Shown piece by piece: positions 17,599 to 27,864 of a stretch of 50,743 bases of DNA. Numbering within the stretch: position 1 is the first letter of the stretch; each line of letters starts with the position of its first letter. A program made the position numbers and the translations under genes. Origin of the DNA: a virus (lineage: Duplodnaviria; Caudoviricetes); the IMG/VR virus record IMGVR_UViG_3300025308_000004, positions 1 to 50,743 of that record; one strand, written 5' to 3'. The notes beneath the pieces were generated by a model, which saw only the letters and a list, made by a program, of their open reading frames with translations, did not search any database and was not told where the DNA came from.

Positions 17599-19565
17599 TG
17601 CGCTAAATATGGGGCCGTATATCCAGCAGGAGCGAGCAAAGCCCTTGCTGGCGTTTGGAATCGTTCTAGTTCTCCTGGCAATAACTCAGCTAGGGTATTC
17701 GGAACGTTAGCCTGCACCGCCTTTTCTACATTCGACCTTTGCGCGCCGCGCTGTACTGCGCCACGAATTATGTTTGCGCCAGCTTGTGCGAATGGAATCT
17801 TCGAACCTAATATTCCCATAAGTGCATTCTGTACCGGAACTCCGCTATTCGAAGTGCTTACAGCGGACTTTGCAGGAGGCGCATTCATAAACGAACCTAC
17901 TCTGCTCAACTGCTTCAACTCTGCGATTTCTTGAGGCGTATAGAACGCTTTTAAGCGCTCTCCAAGAGAGTCAAGCCCTTTAGCGAATCCGGCGGGTCTA
18001 AATGCCGCATCCTCTGCCGTATTGATGCCATACGCGGCCCTGCGCAGATATTCTCCTATTTGCGCCTTAGCTTGTCTGTATGCTTCTTTATCAACTGAAT
18101 TAAGCACTTTCGCCATGGACTGAACAGACTCAGGTCGCGCTGCTACGATATGGCGTAATACGAATTTATCAGCATCTAAATCGCCATGAGCTGCATCCTT
18201 TAGTGCAGGCAACATATCGTGCATCTTAAATCGCTGTGCAGCAGCTTTAACCGCTGGCGCAAATGCGCCACCTGATGCGTCTGTTTCAGTTACCGTTGTT
18301 TTTACTGCATTGCGCAACTGAGCAAGCGCAGCATTAACAGCTGGGTCGTTACTTTGATTTGCATTGATTACCTTCAATAGCCTGTCAGCCTCTTCAACAG
18401 TGAATAGCTTATTCTGTTTCCCTGTTATAAGACCCAAATCTTCGAAGTTATTGCGAACACCGCTTGGTATTTTGTCTCCAAAATCTCGAAGGACTGTTGC
18501 ATAATCTTGCGCTAATCCTTGCAGCGGAAGTTCCAAATCTTTTCCGGCCGATTGTCTAGCTTGCTGATAAAGACTAGACACCTGTTTACTCATAGCTGTG
18601 TCTGCTGCCTCTAATGCGCCGCCAATCTGCGCGCCAGCCTGATACCTTTCGCCTGCTCCTGTAGCGAATTTACCGATGTTTGCGCGAAGTGCGTTTTCTT
18701 GCTCTGTCATTAGTGCAGATATAGGCTCCCCTACTCCTGCTACACCGCGCAGATTCTGTTCTGTTGCGTATTGTATAGGGTCTCTGGTAATCTGCCCTAG
18801 CGTCGGCTTAATTCCTGCGCTTTCAAATTCTCTAGCCCTCATTGCAGCTTTAACGTCAAGGTTCTTCCCTTGTTCCAACGATGCAGAAACTTGATTTCGT
18901 AATTGCTGCGCATAATCACTCGGCAAGTCTGCAATTGACTGACCAGAATCTCTTAGAGTGGAATTAATCGCCTCATCAATTTGTTCTGGAGTGGTTGCAA
19001 CTCCACGCGAACCAAATTTGTTAGCCAGATATGTTCCAGCTGCGCTTGCTATCTTTTGACCAATTGCGCCAAGCCCTGCGCCTAGTACGCCTTGAAATGC
19101 GCGCTCAGGAATACCAGAAGCCCTATCTTCCCCGACAGGTTGAAGAGCCATATATCCACCACCAACTGCGGCAGCTTGTTTAGCCGTTGAAGGTGCTATT
19201 AGTGCCTTTGCTCCTGTTAGCCCTGCCCGAACCATACCAGCGCCGCCTAATGCTAAAGGAGCTATATTCCCAGCAATCGTAGCCGCTATAGGGGCTTGCT
19301 CTTCCATTTGCTGCCATGACTGAAGATTTGATCGTTCGTCAGGAGAAAGCCCGGCGATAAGTTCTTTCGCGCCGTAATATGTTTTCACCATTGGCGCGGC
19401 AAAACCTACCAAGCTTCTGTCAATAGTGTCAGCAGTATCCATCTGACTTCCAGGAGTAGCTTGAATTGACTGAATTTTCGGCTTTTGCGATTCAGCCAAG
19501 TAAGCATCTGGGTCGAATGTCACAGATTGTGATGTTGCAAGATATTCGTCAGGATCAAAGGCCAT
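17595..19565 (-). CDS. DNA ejection (internal virion) protein
   Basis: Ala/Gly-rich helical protein, N-terminal FDPDEYL repeats, P22-like synteny. Confidence 0.7.
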   Translation of the reverse strand: MAFDPDEYLATSQSVTFDPDAYLAESQKPKIQSIQATPGSQMDTADTIDRSLVGFAAPMVKTYYGAKELIAGLSPDERSNLQSWQQMEEQAPIAATIAGNIAPLALGGAGMVRAGLTGAKALIAPSTAKQAAAVGGGYMALQPVGEDRASGIPERAFQGVLGAGLGAIGQKIASAAGTYLANKFGSRGVATTPEQIDEAINSTLRDSGQSIADLPSDYAQQLRNQVSASLEQGKNLDVKAAMRAREFESAGIKPTLGQITRDPIQYATEQNLRGVAGVGEPISALMTEQENALRANIGKFATGAGERYQAGAQIGGALEAADTAMSKQVSSLYQQARQSAGKDLELPLQGLAQDYATVLRDFGDKIPSGVRNNFEDLGLITGKQNKLFTVEEADRLLKVINANQSNDPAVNAALAQLRNAVKTTVTETDASGGAFAPAVKAAAQRFKMHDMLPALKDAAHGDLDADKFVLRHIVAARPESVQSMAKVLNSVDKEAYRQAKAQIGEYLRRAAYGINTAEDAAFRPAGFAKGLDSLGERLKAFYTPQEIAELKQLSRVGSFMNAPPAKSAVSTSNSGVPVQNALMGILGSKIPFAQAGANIIRGAVQRGAQRSNVEKAVQANVPNTLAELLPGELERFQTPARALLAPAGYTAPYLAQ

Positions 19566-19567
19566 GA

Positions 19568-20752
19568 TTACATCCCATGCAAAGAAAGTATTTTTGCTGC
19601 ACGCGGATCATTCGGATTTGCTCTTGCCCATGCAATAGCCTCGGCATCGCGTCCGGCAGGTTGTTTAGGTTTTGCTATTTCTCTCTGCGTATTGATATAG
19701 TCCTGACCTTCTGTTCCTGCCAATTTACCAAGTCCGGCTATAGCACGTTCCCTGTTTTGTGCTTTCTGTGCTATTACTTCTTCACTATCTCCGGGCTGAG
19801 GGAAATATTGCTGAGTAGCATTCTCGAATTCATCCTGACCGATGACAGCACCAGACTCTAATCGCAGCACAGCGTTAACAAAATCACGCTGCGCTTGTGC
19901 AAGCTTCTGCTCTTGCGAGCCTGACATCATATTTGCCACTCGGCCAGCAATAGGAACGCTCTGCCAGTATTGCAATGTCTTTGCGCCGCCTGCCATCTCA
20001 GGGCTTATACCTCCAATAATGTCACTAGCCGCTGCTGCGCGACTGCCGAACAATGCAGATTTACCTTGAAACTCCGTTAATGGTTTATCTGCCTTAGGTA
20101 GAGACGATGCAGGTACTTTCCCATAAGCCTGAGATGCAGGGACATAAATAGGTTGACCATTAGGCCCTACAACTTGCACAGGTGTTTCAGGTGCGCGAGG
20201 CCTAATCTGCTGCGGAGTCTCAGTAGCTTTCAGAACTGCATTAGCAAGCGCACGTTTTCCTTCCGGAGAATCTAACGGAATACCGCTCGCAATAAGCAAC
20301 CTCTCAATCTCTGTTTTTTGTTCTGGCTTTACCGGAGTCGTCCATCCTTCAACCTGCTGGAGAACCAACTTCCCTGACTTATCACGCAGCACTGCCTGCC
20401 CGGTAGTTTCATCGAATGCGATCTTTTCGGGGGCTTGGTCTTGCTGATACTTTTGCGCAGCAATGGCGAATTCTGGGCTTACTGCGGCCCGCTTCTGGTG
20501 ATAAAGTTCGATAGGACTCTTGCCAGTCGCCGCAGCCTCTTCGTTCGCCTGTTTCCATAGTTGCATGCCTAGCTCTTTTTCTTGCTCGGCCTGCTGCAAC
20601 TGTTTCAGCTTCATTTCCTGCTCTTGCTGCCCGATCTGGATATTCCGTCGAGCTGCGCGCTTTTCTTCCTGAAAGGCAGGGTCGAAAACTTGTCCGAGCT
20701 GCTGCCCGAAATTTGTATTGAGTCTATTCACGATTCCAGTATCAATCGGCAT
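19568..20752 (-). CDS. DNA ejection (internal virion) protein
   Basis: Helical Q/A-rich, AQRDFVNAVLRLESGAVIG motif, synteny. Confidence 0.7.
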   Translation of the reverse strand: MPIDTGIVNRLNTNFGQQLGQVFDPAFQEEKRAARRNIQIGQQEQEMKLKQLQQAEQEKELGMQLWKQANEEAAATGKSPIELYHQKRAAVSPEFAIAAQKYQQDQAPEKIAFDETTGQAVLRDKSGKLVLQQVEGWTTPVKPEQKTEIERLLIASGIPLDSPEGKRALANAVLKATETPQQIRPRAPETPVQVVGPNGQPIYVPASQAYGKVPASSLPKADKPLTEFQGKSALFGSRAAAASDIIGGISPEMAGGAKTLQYWQSVPIAGRVANMMSGSQEQKLAQAQRDFVNAVLRLESGAVIGQDEFENATQQYFPQPGDSEEVIAQKAQNRERAIAGLGKLAGTEGQDYINTQREIAKPKQPAGRDAEAIAWARANPNDPRAAKILSLHGM

Positions 20753-20754
20753 GA

Positions 20755-22656
20755 TTAAGCCCTCGTTTGTTGAGGTGGATTAAACAAATTTGCAAGCGCA
20801 TTACCGGCCCCGAGTATACCGCTTTGCCATGCATTCGCAGAACCAACCGTTCCAGCTGCCTGAGCGTTTCCGATGCCGGTCGTTAGATTCCCGAAATTCG
20901 CGGCATAGTTGGCCCCTTGGTTTGCCATCCCGGATGCGGCAGATTGTCCCGTCTCAGATAAAGAGCCAAGCTGGTTTAGTCGATTGCCATATTCGTTTGT
21001 AGCAAAGTTCTGGCCGTATTCATTAAGCGCCTTTCCTGTAGCTCCGCTGAACAATCCGCCTTTTGCAGCAGCGGAGCGATCGATCGTCTTTTGTCCCTCT
21101 CCGAGCCTGAACTGATATCCGGGGGAATCCATGAGCGCTTGCAGTTGATTTGTAGACGATCCGGTAGTCCCTCCGGGCAATCCCATTAGGTCGAGTTGCG
21201 CGCCTAACGCATTCCTTCCAGCCGTCATCCATGGTTGCTGATTGGCTTGTCCAGTGTCGAACTGCCGACGAAGTTCGGCAAGAGAATTCGCGCCAGATTG
21301 CGCTTGCTGATCTGCGGCATATTGGGCCGCTGCTGCCGCTTCAGACCCGCCATACAGCGATGCCGCCCCAGAAAGCAGGGAGCCGAGCGTATTCGGTGTT
21401 AGCCAACTTCCCCAATCGAAAGACGAATTAGGAGTTACTACTGGAGGAGTTGTCCCGCTTGGTAACGTGGTTCCTGTCGGTGTCGGCGTGCCGGTCGGCG
21501 TAGGAGTCCCGGGCGGAGTTGTTACGTTTGGAGTCGTTACTCCGTTCGGTATGGTGGGTACGTTCGGAAGTGTAAATGGAGTAAGTCCGCCACCTACTGT
21601 GGCTGTAGTTCCCACTACGTTGCCAGTTATAGGATCAAACATCGGCATTGAACCATTAATTAGCGTAGAACCGGCCGCATTTGCTGTCCCAACCCAGTTT
21701 GCCAAATCGCCACCAGCATGAAGTGCCATATCAGTTATTGCACTAGTTCCGCCTAAACCGGCATTTATTGCGGTCTGTGTTAGCCCGGTTCCTGTTCCGC
21801 CTGCGATACCACCGAGTCCCCCTGTTGCTGTAGGCAAGCCAGTCACAGGGTCAAGCAGTGTAAATGGCTGCGTTGCTGCCGAGCCCGCGCCAGCGGGTGA
21901 ATTAATTCCCGTGCCGGCAGTATAAACAAGTGCCGCATCAACCAGCATCGGCGCAATCTCGCGCATGAAAGCCTCGCCGAACGAGGTTCGTCCATACTTT
22001 GCTGTTAAGTCGGCATGAATCTGTGCTGTTGCTGGGTCAGATTGAATCTGCCGTTCCATTGCATCTAGAGCCGCTTGCCCGCCAGCTTGGTTGAATCGCT
22101 GCGCACCGATCTGCGCACCGAGTCGGCTAGTATCATTCTCGGCAGCAGATTTCTTTGCAGCAAGGTCGGCAAAATCGGTAAATAGTTTTTGCGTTTCAAT
22201 CGGTAACTGAGCAAGCGCGGCAGCTTGATCGCCACCCCCTGCACCAGACGCATAAGTTCGCTGTTTCTGGGATTGAATCTGGTCTGGGGTCATCGCCAAG
22301 TTAGACAGGGTATTTGCCGCCGGAGACGTAGCCGAAGCTTGCCCAACCAAGCGCCCATCTTGATATATGTTGCCTGTATTGGGGTCTACAAAATGGCCCA
22401 TTGGAATAAGCGATCCACCAGCCAATCCAGACAGGGTATTTGTTGCAGGAGATGATGACGAAGTAACAGTAGGAGCGACTGCGGTATTAGTAACCGCTTG
22501 ACGCGCAGCCAGTTCAGGTGCAGCCGCCTGCTGGAACATGGCAATTTCTGACGGGTCAATCTCTGCCCCGAACATCTGCGTCCAAGCGTCAATTACTGCC
22601 TGACTTTCAGGGGCGCGGCCTAGATACGTTTGATACAATTCTGCTACTGTTGGCAT
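20755..22656 (-). CDS. DNA transfer/pilot protein (P22 gp7-like C-terminus)
   Basis: SPGYQFRLGEG..IDRSAAAKGGLFSGATGKAL motif; Pro/Thr linker; N-terminal DUF4214-like helix. Confidence 0.7.
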   Translation of the reverse strand: MPTVAELYQTYLGRAPESQAVIDAWTQMFGAEIDPSEIAMFQQAAAPELAARQAVTNTAVAPTVTSSSSPATNTLSGLAGGSLIPMGHFVDPNTGNIYQDGRLVGQASATSPAANTLSNLAMTPDQIQSQKQRTYASGAGGGDQAAALAQLPIETQKLFTDFADLAAKKSAAENDTSRLGAQIGAQRFNQAGGQAALDAMERQIQSDPATAQIHADLTAKYGRTSFGEAFMREIAPMLVDAALVYTAGTGINSPAGAGSAATQPFTLLDPVTGLPTATGGLGGIAGGTGTGLTQTAINAGLGGTSAITDMALHAGGDLANWVGTANAAGSTLINGSMPMFDPITGNVVGTTATVGGGLTPFTLPNVPTIPNGVTTPNVTTPPGTPTPTGTPTPTGTTLPSGTTPPVVTPNSSFDWGSWLTPNTLGSLLSGAASLYGGSEAAAAAQYAADQQAQSGANSLAELRRQFDTGQANQQPWMTAGRNALGAQLDLMGLPGGTTGSSTNQLQALMDSPGYQFRLGEGQKTIDRSAAAKGGLFSGATGKALNEYGQNFATNEYGNRLNQLGSLSETGQSAASGMANQGANYAANFGNLTTGIGNAQAAGTVGSANAWQSGILGAGNALANLFNPPQQTRA

Positions 22657-22668
22657 GTCTAAACTCCT

Positions 22669-24078
22669 TTATTCTACGTCAACGCCTGTAAGCACTATCT
22701 TTACAGGATCAGTTCCAGACAATTCCCATATTCTTCCGCAAGTATCAGAGTTTTTATTCATCCCCAATCTGCGCCATTCGCAATGAATCCCGTAATTGCC
22801 AATCTGACCAAGTGACCGCCATACTTCATTGCTCCACGTTTTCCCTCGATCATCCGACCATCTAAGCATCACCTGCGGATCGGAACCTTGCCCAGACGAA
22901 AGGCCGACCCCCATCTCTCCGTTAAGGGTTAATCTTGAGTATCGTCTGTATGCTTTGCTTGTCTTATCCTGCCATGATCTGAGCCACTTTCTAGGCTCAG
23001 TTCCGTTCGAATACTTGTCCAGAGACATCGAATAAATCCGACCCTCTGAGTAGTCGCAAACTAGATGCTTTCCGGCAAAGAAAGCGTATTCCTGCGCCTC
23101 CCATCTTGTGTATTCACCATCAACAAAATTCGATGCCTGATGCCACAAGTTAGTTACGAAGTTGTAAACCCACGTTTGCTGCCCTGTCGGGAAGGTTATG
23201 ACGTAAAAATAATTTCCTTCCATCTGGAAAGTGAATGCAATCGCATCAGAAATATCCGTCATTTTCTGAATGTGATAATTTACCTCGTGCGTCGATATTG
23301 GCTCTGCCGTGTATCCGTTTAGTCGGTAAACGATCCCGCTTCCTGATTCGTCTTTTCCCAGCCAGCACACTACACCGCGAACCTTCGCGATTGAATATGT
23401 AGCCGCACAGCCAACATCGAACGTCCCTGACTGATTCCTTGCAAGCGGGAAAGTCGCATTACCAGAGTTGTAAAATACCTCTCCGGAGGTCTCCCCGAAT
23501 ACGATCAATTCGCGATGCGTAACAATCGTTCCGACGTTGAAATCCGGGTCTCCTTCTGCGCTAGAGAATTCCAGCGCATCCCACGTTGAACCCGCATAAA
23601 GACCGGAGATATAGAATTTCTGTGTCAGCGGGTCGTAGCAGATAAAATATCCATCCAGAAACGAAACCGTTTTAGTCCCATTCGGGAAAGCAGGAGCTGC
23701 TATCTGAACCAGCGCATTCGTCGCAAACGTGAAAATCCATCCATCAGTTCCGTTCACGATAATCAGTTCAAAACCGTTATCCGTCATCCTCGATACGGTT
23801 GCTGATGTAATCGATCCTCGGCTAGTCAGACTCAAAATACCTAACGTGTTGATAACCTCGTAAAGAACAGCCCCCACGACAGTGAAGCATCGCCCATTTG
23901 CAGCGGTGTAAATACCTGATGCTATCTGAGCCGGGAACAGTTCTGGTGTAAGCCCAACCCAGCCATAAAATGCGCTTACCCCGCCTTGCGATTTCATCAG
24001 GAATAGATTTATCAGGCGATTGGCCGCTACTGCGCTCGATCTGCCTGAATCACTACCGCCGAGGAATGGAGATTTCAC
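22669..24078 (-). CDS. Tail hub / packaged-DNA stabilization protein (P22 gp10-like)
   Basis: Beta-rich 469 aa; SAEGDPD and PQVMLRWSDDRGKTWSNE motifs. Confidence 0.85.
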   Translation of the reverse strand: MKSPFLGGSDSGRSSAVAANRLINLFLMKSQGGVSAFYGWVGLTPELFPAQIASGIYTAANGRCFTVVGAVLYEVINTLGILSLTSRGSITSATVSRMTDNGFELIIVNGTDGWIFTFATNALVQIAAPAFPNGTKTVSFLDGYFICYDPLTQKFYISGLYAGSTWDALEFSSAEGDPDFNVGTIVTHRELIVFGETSGEVFYNSGNATFPLARNQSGTFDVGCAATYSIAKVRGVVCWLGKDESGSGIVYRLNGYTAEPISTHEVNYHIQKMTDISDAIAFTFQMEGNYFYVITFPTGQQTWVYNFVTNLWHQASNFVDGEYTRWEAQEYAFFAGKHLVCDYSEGRIYSMSLDKYSNGTEPRKWLRSWQDKTSKAYRRYSRLTLNGEMGVGLSSGQGSDPQVMLRWSDDRGKTWSNEVWRSLGQIGNYGIHCEWRRLGMNKNSDTCGRIWELSGTDPVKIVLTGVDVE

Positions 24079-24090
24079 TTCGCGCCCTTA

Positions 24091-24582
24091 TTAGCGAGCG
24101 CGTCTGGCGCGCAGTGTGCCAAATACGCCAACAGTGCCGGCGGAAAAAACATCACCAGCGACAAGATGAATAGTTGCATTCGCGGCGAGACTCACACGCA
24201 CCGGGCCGACGATGGTTACGTAGTTTCCGGTTACGGTAGTTCCGAATGTCGCATTCTGCGTAACCGACGAATCAGCCGATACCCCAGACCCGCCAGCTTG
24301 TGCCGGGAAAGTGTCGGCAGTCGGAGAAATCGCTGCGCCGTAAGCCGTTGCAGTTGTTCCAGTCAGCACGCGATTGATTACACCGGACACTTCCCAGTCG
24401 CCGGGAGTCAATGCCAATGTGGTAACGTCAACCGGGGTCGCGGTCGTTTCAGCTACCGCATCACCGATTGCGACGGTAGAGGTCTTTACCTCACCGATGA
24501 TGCCTGCGGCGGCGTTGTCATTGGTCGTTGTTCCTTCAACAAGGTTGGATGCAACTTGTGGAAATACATTTGGGAATGCCAT
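24091..24582 (-). CDS. Putative structural protein
   Basis: GTTTNDNAAAGIIGE and LTPGDWEV motifs; structural cluster. Confidence 0.6.
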   Translation of the reverse strand: MAFPNVFPQVASNLVEGTTTNDNAAAGIIGEVKTSTVAIGDAVAETTATPVDVTTLALTPGDWEVSGVINRVLTGTTATAYGAAISPTADTFPAQAGGSGVSADSSVTQNATFGTTVTGNYVTIVGPVRVSLAANATIHLVAGDVFSAGTVGVFGTLRARRAR

Positions 24583-24584
24583 GA

Positions 24585-24863
24585 TTAGCTCACCAAGTAA
24601 ATGTCGTTAGCGGCTCCCGTGAGCCGGATATGGGATATTGGTGCGTTGACTACCAGAATCTGCATCGTCGCAGATTGAACATCTACAGCAGGAGTAAAGT
24701 ATTCAACTCCGTTATCAGTGGACAGTTCAATCAACCGACCGGCATCACTAGATTTCAGTGTGATACTTCCTGGAATCTGCATGTCTTTTGGAACAGGGAT
24801 TACCAGCGGATCAGTTGATACAAGTGCCGATTTGATTACCGGCATGGTTTGGTTTTGTGCCAT
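24585..24863 (-). CDS. Hypothetical structural-region protein
   Basis: AAGGA RBS, tight packing. Confidence 0.6.
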   Translation of the reverse strand: MAQNQTMPVIKSALVSTDPLVIPVPKDMQIPGSITLKSSDAGRLIELSTDNGVEYFTPAVDVQSATMQILVVNAPISHIRLTGAANDIYLVS

Positions 24864-24878
24864 CGTGCTTCCTTTCGT

Positions 24879-25805
24879 TTAGACGGTGTAAGCGTTATTT
24901 CGGTAGCCCCCAACTCCGGTCGGCATGCCTAGGACTCCAACCTTGAGATTGGCGCGTTTCCACGTTCTAAGGGAGTTATTCGCTTTAACTCTGATCCTGC
25001 TATATTCAGGTTCTTGTACGCCGAAAATATCCATCAACTCCGCAGCGAGACAATCTACTAGAACCTTTTGCATCCCCATCGGTAAAGTAAGAGTGCTTGT
25101 AAGTGTCATAGAAGCAAACCCATTAACCGGAGTTTCCCTAACCAACAAATGCAATTCCGCTCCATTAGATGCAGGCCACAAATACAGAGTCCCGATATTT
25201 GTATTCGATTGGAGATAAAAACACTTCGATGGATATCCTTCTGTCGTCTTCACCGATTGTCCGCTGTATTCTTCAAAAGATGGAGCGAACCCAATCAGGA
25301 AGTCAGTGCCTCCAAACCTACAGAACGAACCTTCTTCGATGCGTTGCGGCATAGGAGCTGTGATCTGCGCGCCTGCAAGGATAGTTCCTGTAGCCGGCGT
25401 AGTAAGCCCAGCAGTGGACTCAAAAGTAAACGCCGTATCAGAGGTAACGGTTATTGTTTGCAGCCCGTTGTAACCTGACTCAACAGCTCCAGAAATAACT
25501 ATCTTGCTTCCTGTTGAGAACCCATGCGAAGTGGTGAACGTAACAGTTACCGTCGTCCCTGTTTGCGTCATAGTCAAAACAGCGTGACTAGAACCAATCG
25601 TTACGAATTGATCTCCGACTGATGGAGTATAGACGTACTCTCTAAGCCCTACGGTATCTTGTGGGCTTAGTTGGAAGTAATCCAGAAGGTTAATAAACGC
25701 AGTAAGCCCTGCATTCATGTCTTCTGAGGGCGGAGATGTGCCGCCGGAGTCAATGCTCAGAGTCTGCTGTAACGCTTGGATGATGATTGATTGCGCGGTT
25801 GCCAT
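24879..25805 (-). CDS. Head-tail adaptor (P22 gp4-like) with inserted beta domain
   Basis: MATAQSIIIQAL start, LYLWP, LAAEL; inserted HGFSTGSKIVISGAVESGYNG module; synteny. Confidence 0.65.
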   Translation of the reverse strand: MATAQSIIIQALQQTLSIDSGGTSPPSEDMNAGLTAFINLLDYFQLSPQDTVGLREYVYTPSVGDQFVTIGSSHAVLTMTQTGTTVTVTFTTSHGFSTGSKIVISGAVESGYNGLQTITVTSDTAFTFESTAGLTTPATGTILAGAQITAPMPQRIEEGSFCRFGGTDFLIGFAPSFEEYSGQSVKTTEGYPSKCFYLQSNTNIGTLYLWPASNGAELHLLVRETPVNGFASMTLTSTLTLPMGMQKVLVDCLAAELMDIFGVQEPEYSRIRVKANNSLRTWKRANLKVGVLGMPTGVGGYRNNAYTV

Positions 25806-25858
25806 TAGCAAGCCTCCTTAATGCTGCGCCCTTGTTAGAAGGCGCAGGTTAAACAGGC

Positions 25859-26563
25859 TTACTTGTATAGTTGGACTATACAACCCACCGCAGTAGTGAA
25901 AGTGCTAGGCGGCGTCAGCGCAGGCAACGTGCCAAACACGCCGACAGTTGCCGAAGTACAATTGCTTGCACCGTTAGCAGCCAACAAGTGACGCAGTGTC
26001 GCAGTAGTACCATTCGACTGTACGCCGATAAAGTAACGGCCCGGAGCAAGCAAGACAGGCGCGGTGAAGGCGATATTCTGGAACGCAGACGCACCAGCGG
26101 ACAGAGTGCCAGCCAGAGCCGAGTTGGCAATCAGCGCACCATCTGAGCCATACAGCGCAACGATCAGATTGTCAGTGCCGACAGTCGTACCATTCAGCAC
26201 ACCGGCACCAGTCCAAGTCTGCCAGAACGGGACATAGATTTCTGTCAGGTTGATCGTGCCAGCTACAGGAGCCGTGCCGTTGGTTTCAAAGCCGGTAAGT
26301 GCGACAGCACCCATCGAGATACATGGCAGGGTAGTCGGGCCTTGGTTGTAGGTATGCGCACCTTGACCAGTGGTTTTGGCAATAGCTTCATTGCCGCCCA
26401 TTGTGACAACTTGCAACGCGCCGCCAGGGAGTGCGGTTTCGGTAGTGGTCGGGCCGGCAGTTGCCACGCCAGCACTAACCAGCGATGTTTCGGTTGCATC
26501 AGGCAGAATAATTTTTGCGCCTGTAGCAAAGTTTCCGTACGGGGAATTGAGGGTAACGCTCAT
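25859..26563 (-). CDS. Putative capsid decoration/accessory protein
   Basis: Immediately downstream of the coat gene; Ala/Gly/Thr-rich beta protein. Confidence 0.55.
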   Translation of the reverse strand: MSVTLNSPYGNFATGAKIILPDATETSLVSAGVATAGPTTTETALPGGALQVVTMGGNEAIAKTTGQGAHTYNQGPTTLPCISMGAVALTGFETNGTAPVAGTINLTEIYVPFWQTWTGAGVLNGTTVGTDNLIVALYGSDGALIANSALAGTLSAGASAFQNIAFTAPVLLAPGRYFIGVQSNGTTATLRHLLAANGASNCTSATVGVFGTLPALTPPSTFTTAVGCIVQLYK

Positions 26564-26618
26564 GATATATTTCCTTTCGAGTGAGTTTCACCCGCCGATT
26601 AGACGGGGTATTTATTGC

Positions 26619-27839
26619 TTAGACGTTGTGAATCCGGACCCCTAGTTCCGGATACATCGCCGCGTATCCGTACAGCACATCGAGGCGGGTAAATGGCACG
26701 TCGTTCATGAAGTCGTAAGCGGTCGTAACCTTCACGCTGAAACCGTCTGCCGTTTCCTGCGCAACGTCCAGCACGCCCTTGTTACCGTAAGGCATGGCGA
26801 ACGGTACGCACGCCAAGCTGATTGCTTCCTTGTGGAAAGCATAGCTCGCGCCATAGGCAGTAGAGGCCGCACCCTGAATAACGAACGGCTGGCCGGTAGT
26901 CGGCGAGCCTGTCACGTTCTGGAATGCGCCTGACGTTACCAGTGCTGGGCTGATCGGAAGGCTGGTAGAACCCTGTGCAACGTCCGCAGTGATGATAACG
27001 CTCATCAGCTGGCCGGTAGACTGGCGGGATTGCGGGTTGACCGAATACACACCCGGCAACGTGATGATTGTTCCCTTGGTGATCGTGCCAGCGCCGGTCG
27101 CTGCTACTGTCAATGTTGCGCCGGTCTGGCCCGCGCCGTTGATGTTGGATGCAGTACCTGCGCCGTTGGTATGACCGACAGCGTTCTGATCCATCGCTAC
27201 GATGTATCCCAGCGAGTCAACCATCATGCCGCGACCGTACTGCTTATCCAACTTTTCTTGATTGTTGAACAAACCAGCAAGACCGGAAACAGATGCGCCG
27301 TTCATCGTCGGATTCAGGATGATCGCACGCCGTCCGTCACGAGGAGCGGCGGCGTAATCGAGTTTCGTCCCGGAATCGGTAAAGATGTTCATCGCGCCGA
27401 TTGAAGTCGTCGGGATAGCGCCGGCAGCATTAACGACCTGATGGAACGAATCGTGCGCCAACTGCAAGCCACGGCGATCCATTTCGTTAACCACCGTCAT
27501 AGTGGCAGCATATACCGACTCTTCGAAGGATTTCTTGGAGATCGACAGGCTGCGCTGCGCGATGGTGAACGACAGGTCAGCGCCGCCCTGATTCACGGTC
27601 AGCGGGACGGTCGAATGGATGGTTGCTTGTGGATTTGCAGCAGCACCGTCACGATACACATAGCGCGGCGGTTTGCGCTTGTTGAAGGTCGTGCCGGGAG
27701 CGTAGCCTTGCGCAAAGGTGGACTTAAATTCATCCTCCAGCGAGCGGTCTACGTTGGCAGCGAAAGAGCACATGTTCTTAAGAACCATGAGCGCCTCTTT
27801 CGCTACCATCGAGTTTGTTGCCAAGATGTTGTTAGACAT
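26619..27839 (-). CDS. Major capsid protein (P22 coat family)
   Basis: KEALMVLKN, AFHKEAISL, RLDVLYGYAAMYPE motifs; follows scaffold. Confidence 0.9.
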   Translation of the reverse strand: MSNNILATNSMVAKEALMVLKNMCSFAANVDRSLEDEFKSTFAQGYAPGTTFNKRKPPRYVYRDGAAANPQATIHSTVPLTVNQGGADLSFTIAQRSLSISKKSFEESVYAATMTVVNEMDRRGLQLAHDSFHQVVNAAGAIPTTSIGAMNIFTDSGTKLDYAAAPRDGRRAIILNPTMNGASVSGLAGLFNNQEKLDKQYGRGMMVDSLGYIVAMDQNAVGHTNGAGTASNINGAGQTGATLTVAATGAGTITKGTIITLPGVYSVNPQSRQSTGQLMSVIITADVAQGSTSLPISPALVTSGAFQNVTGSPTTGQPFVIQGAASTAYGASYAFHKEAISLACVPFAMPYGNKGVLDVAQETADGFSVKVTTAYDFMNDVPFTRLDVLYGYAAMYPELGVRIHNV

Positions 27840-27864
27840 GCTTTATTTCCTTTCTTGATATTGA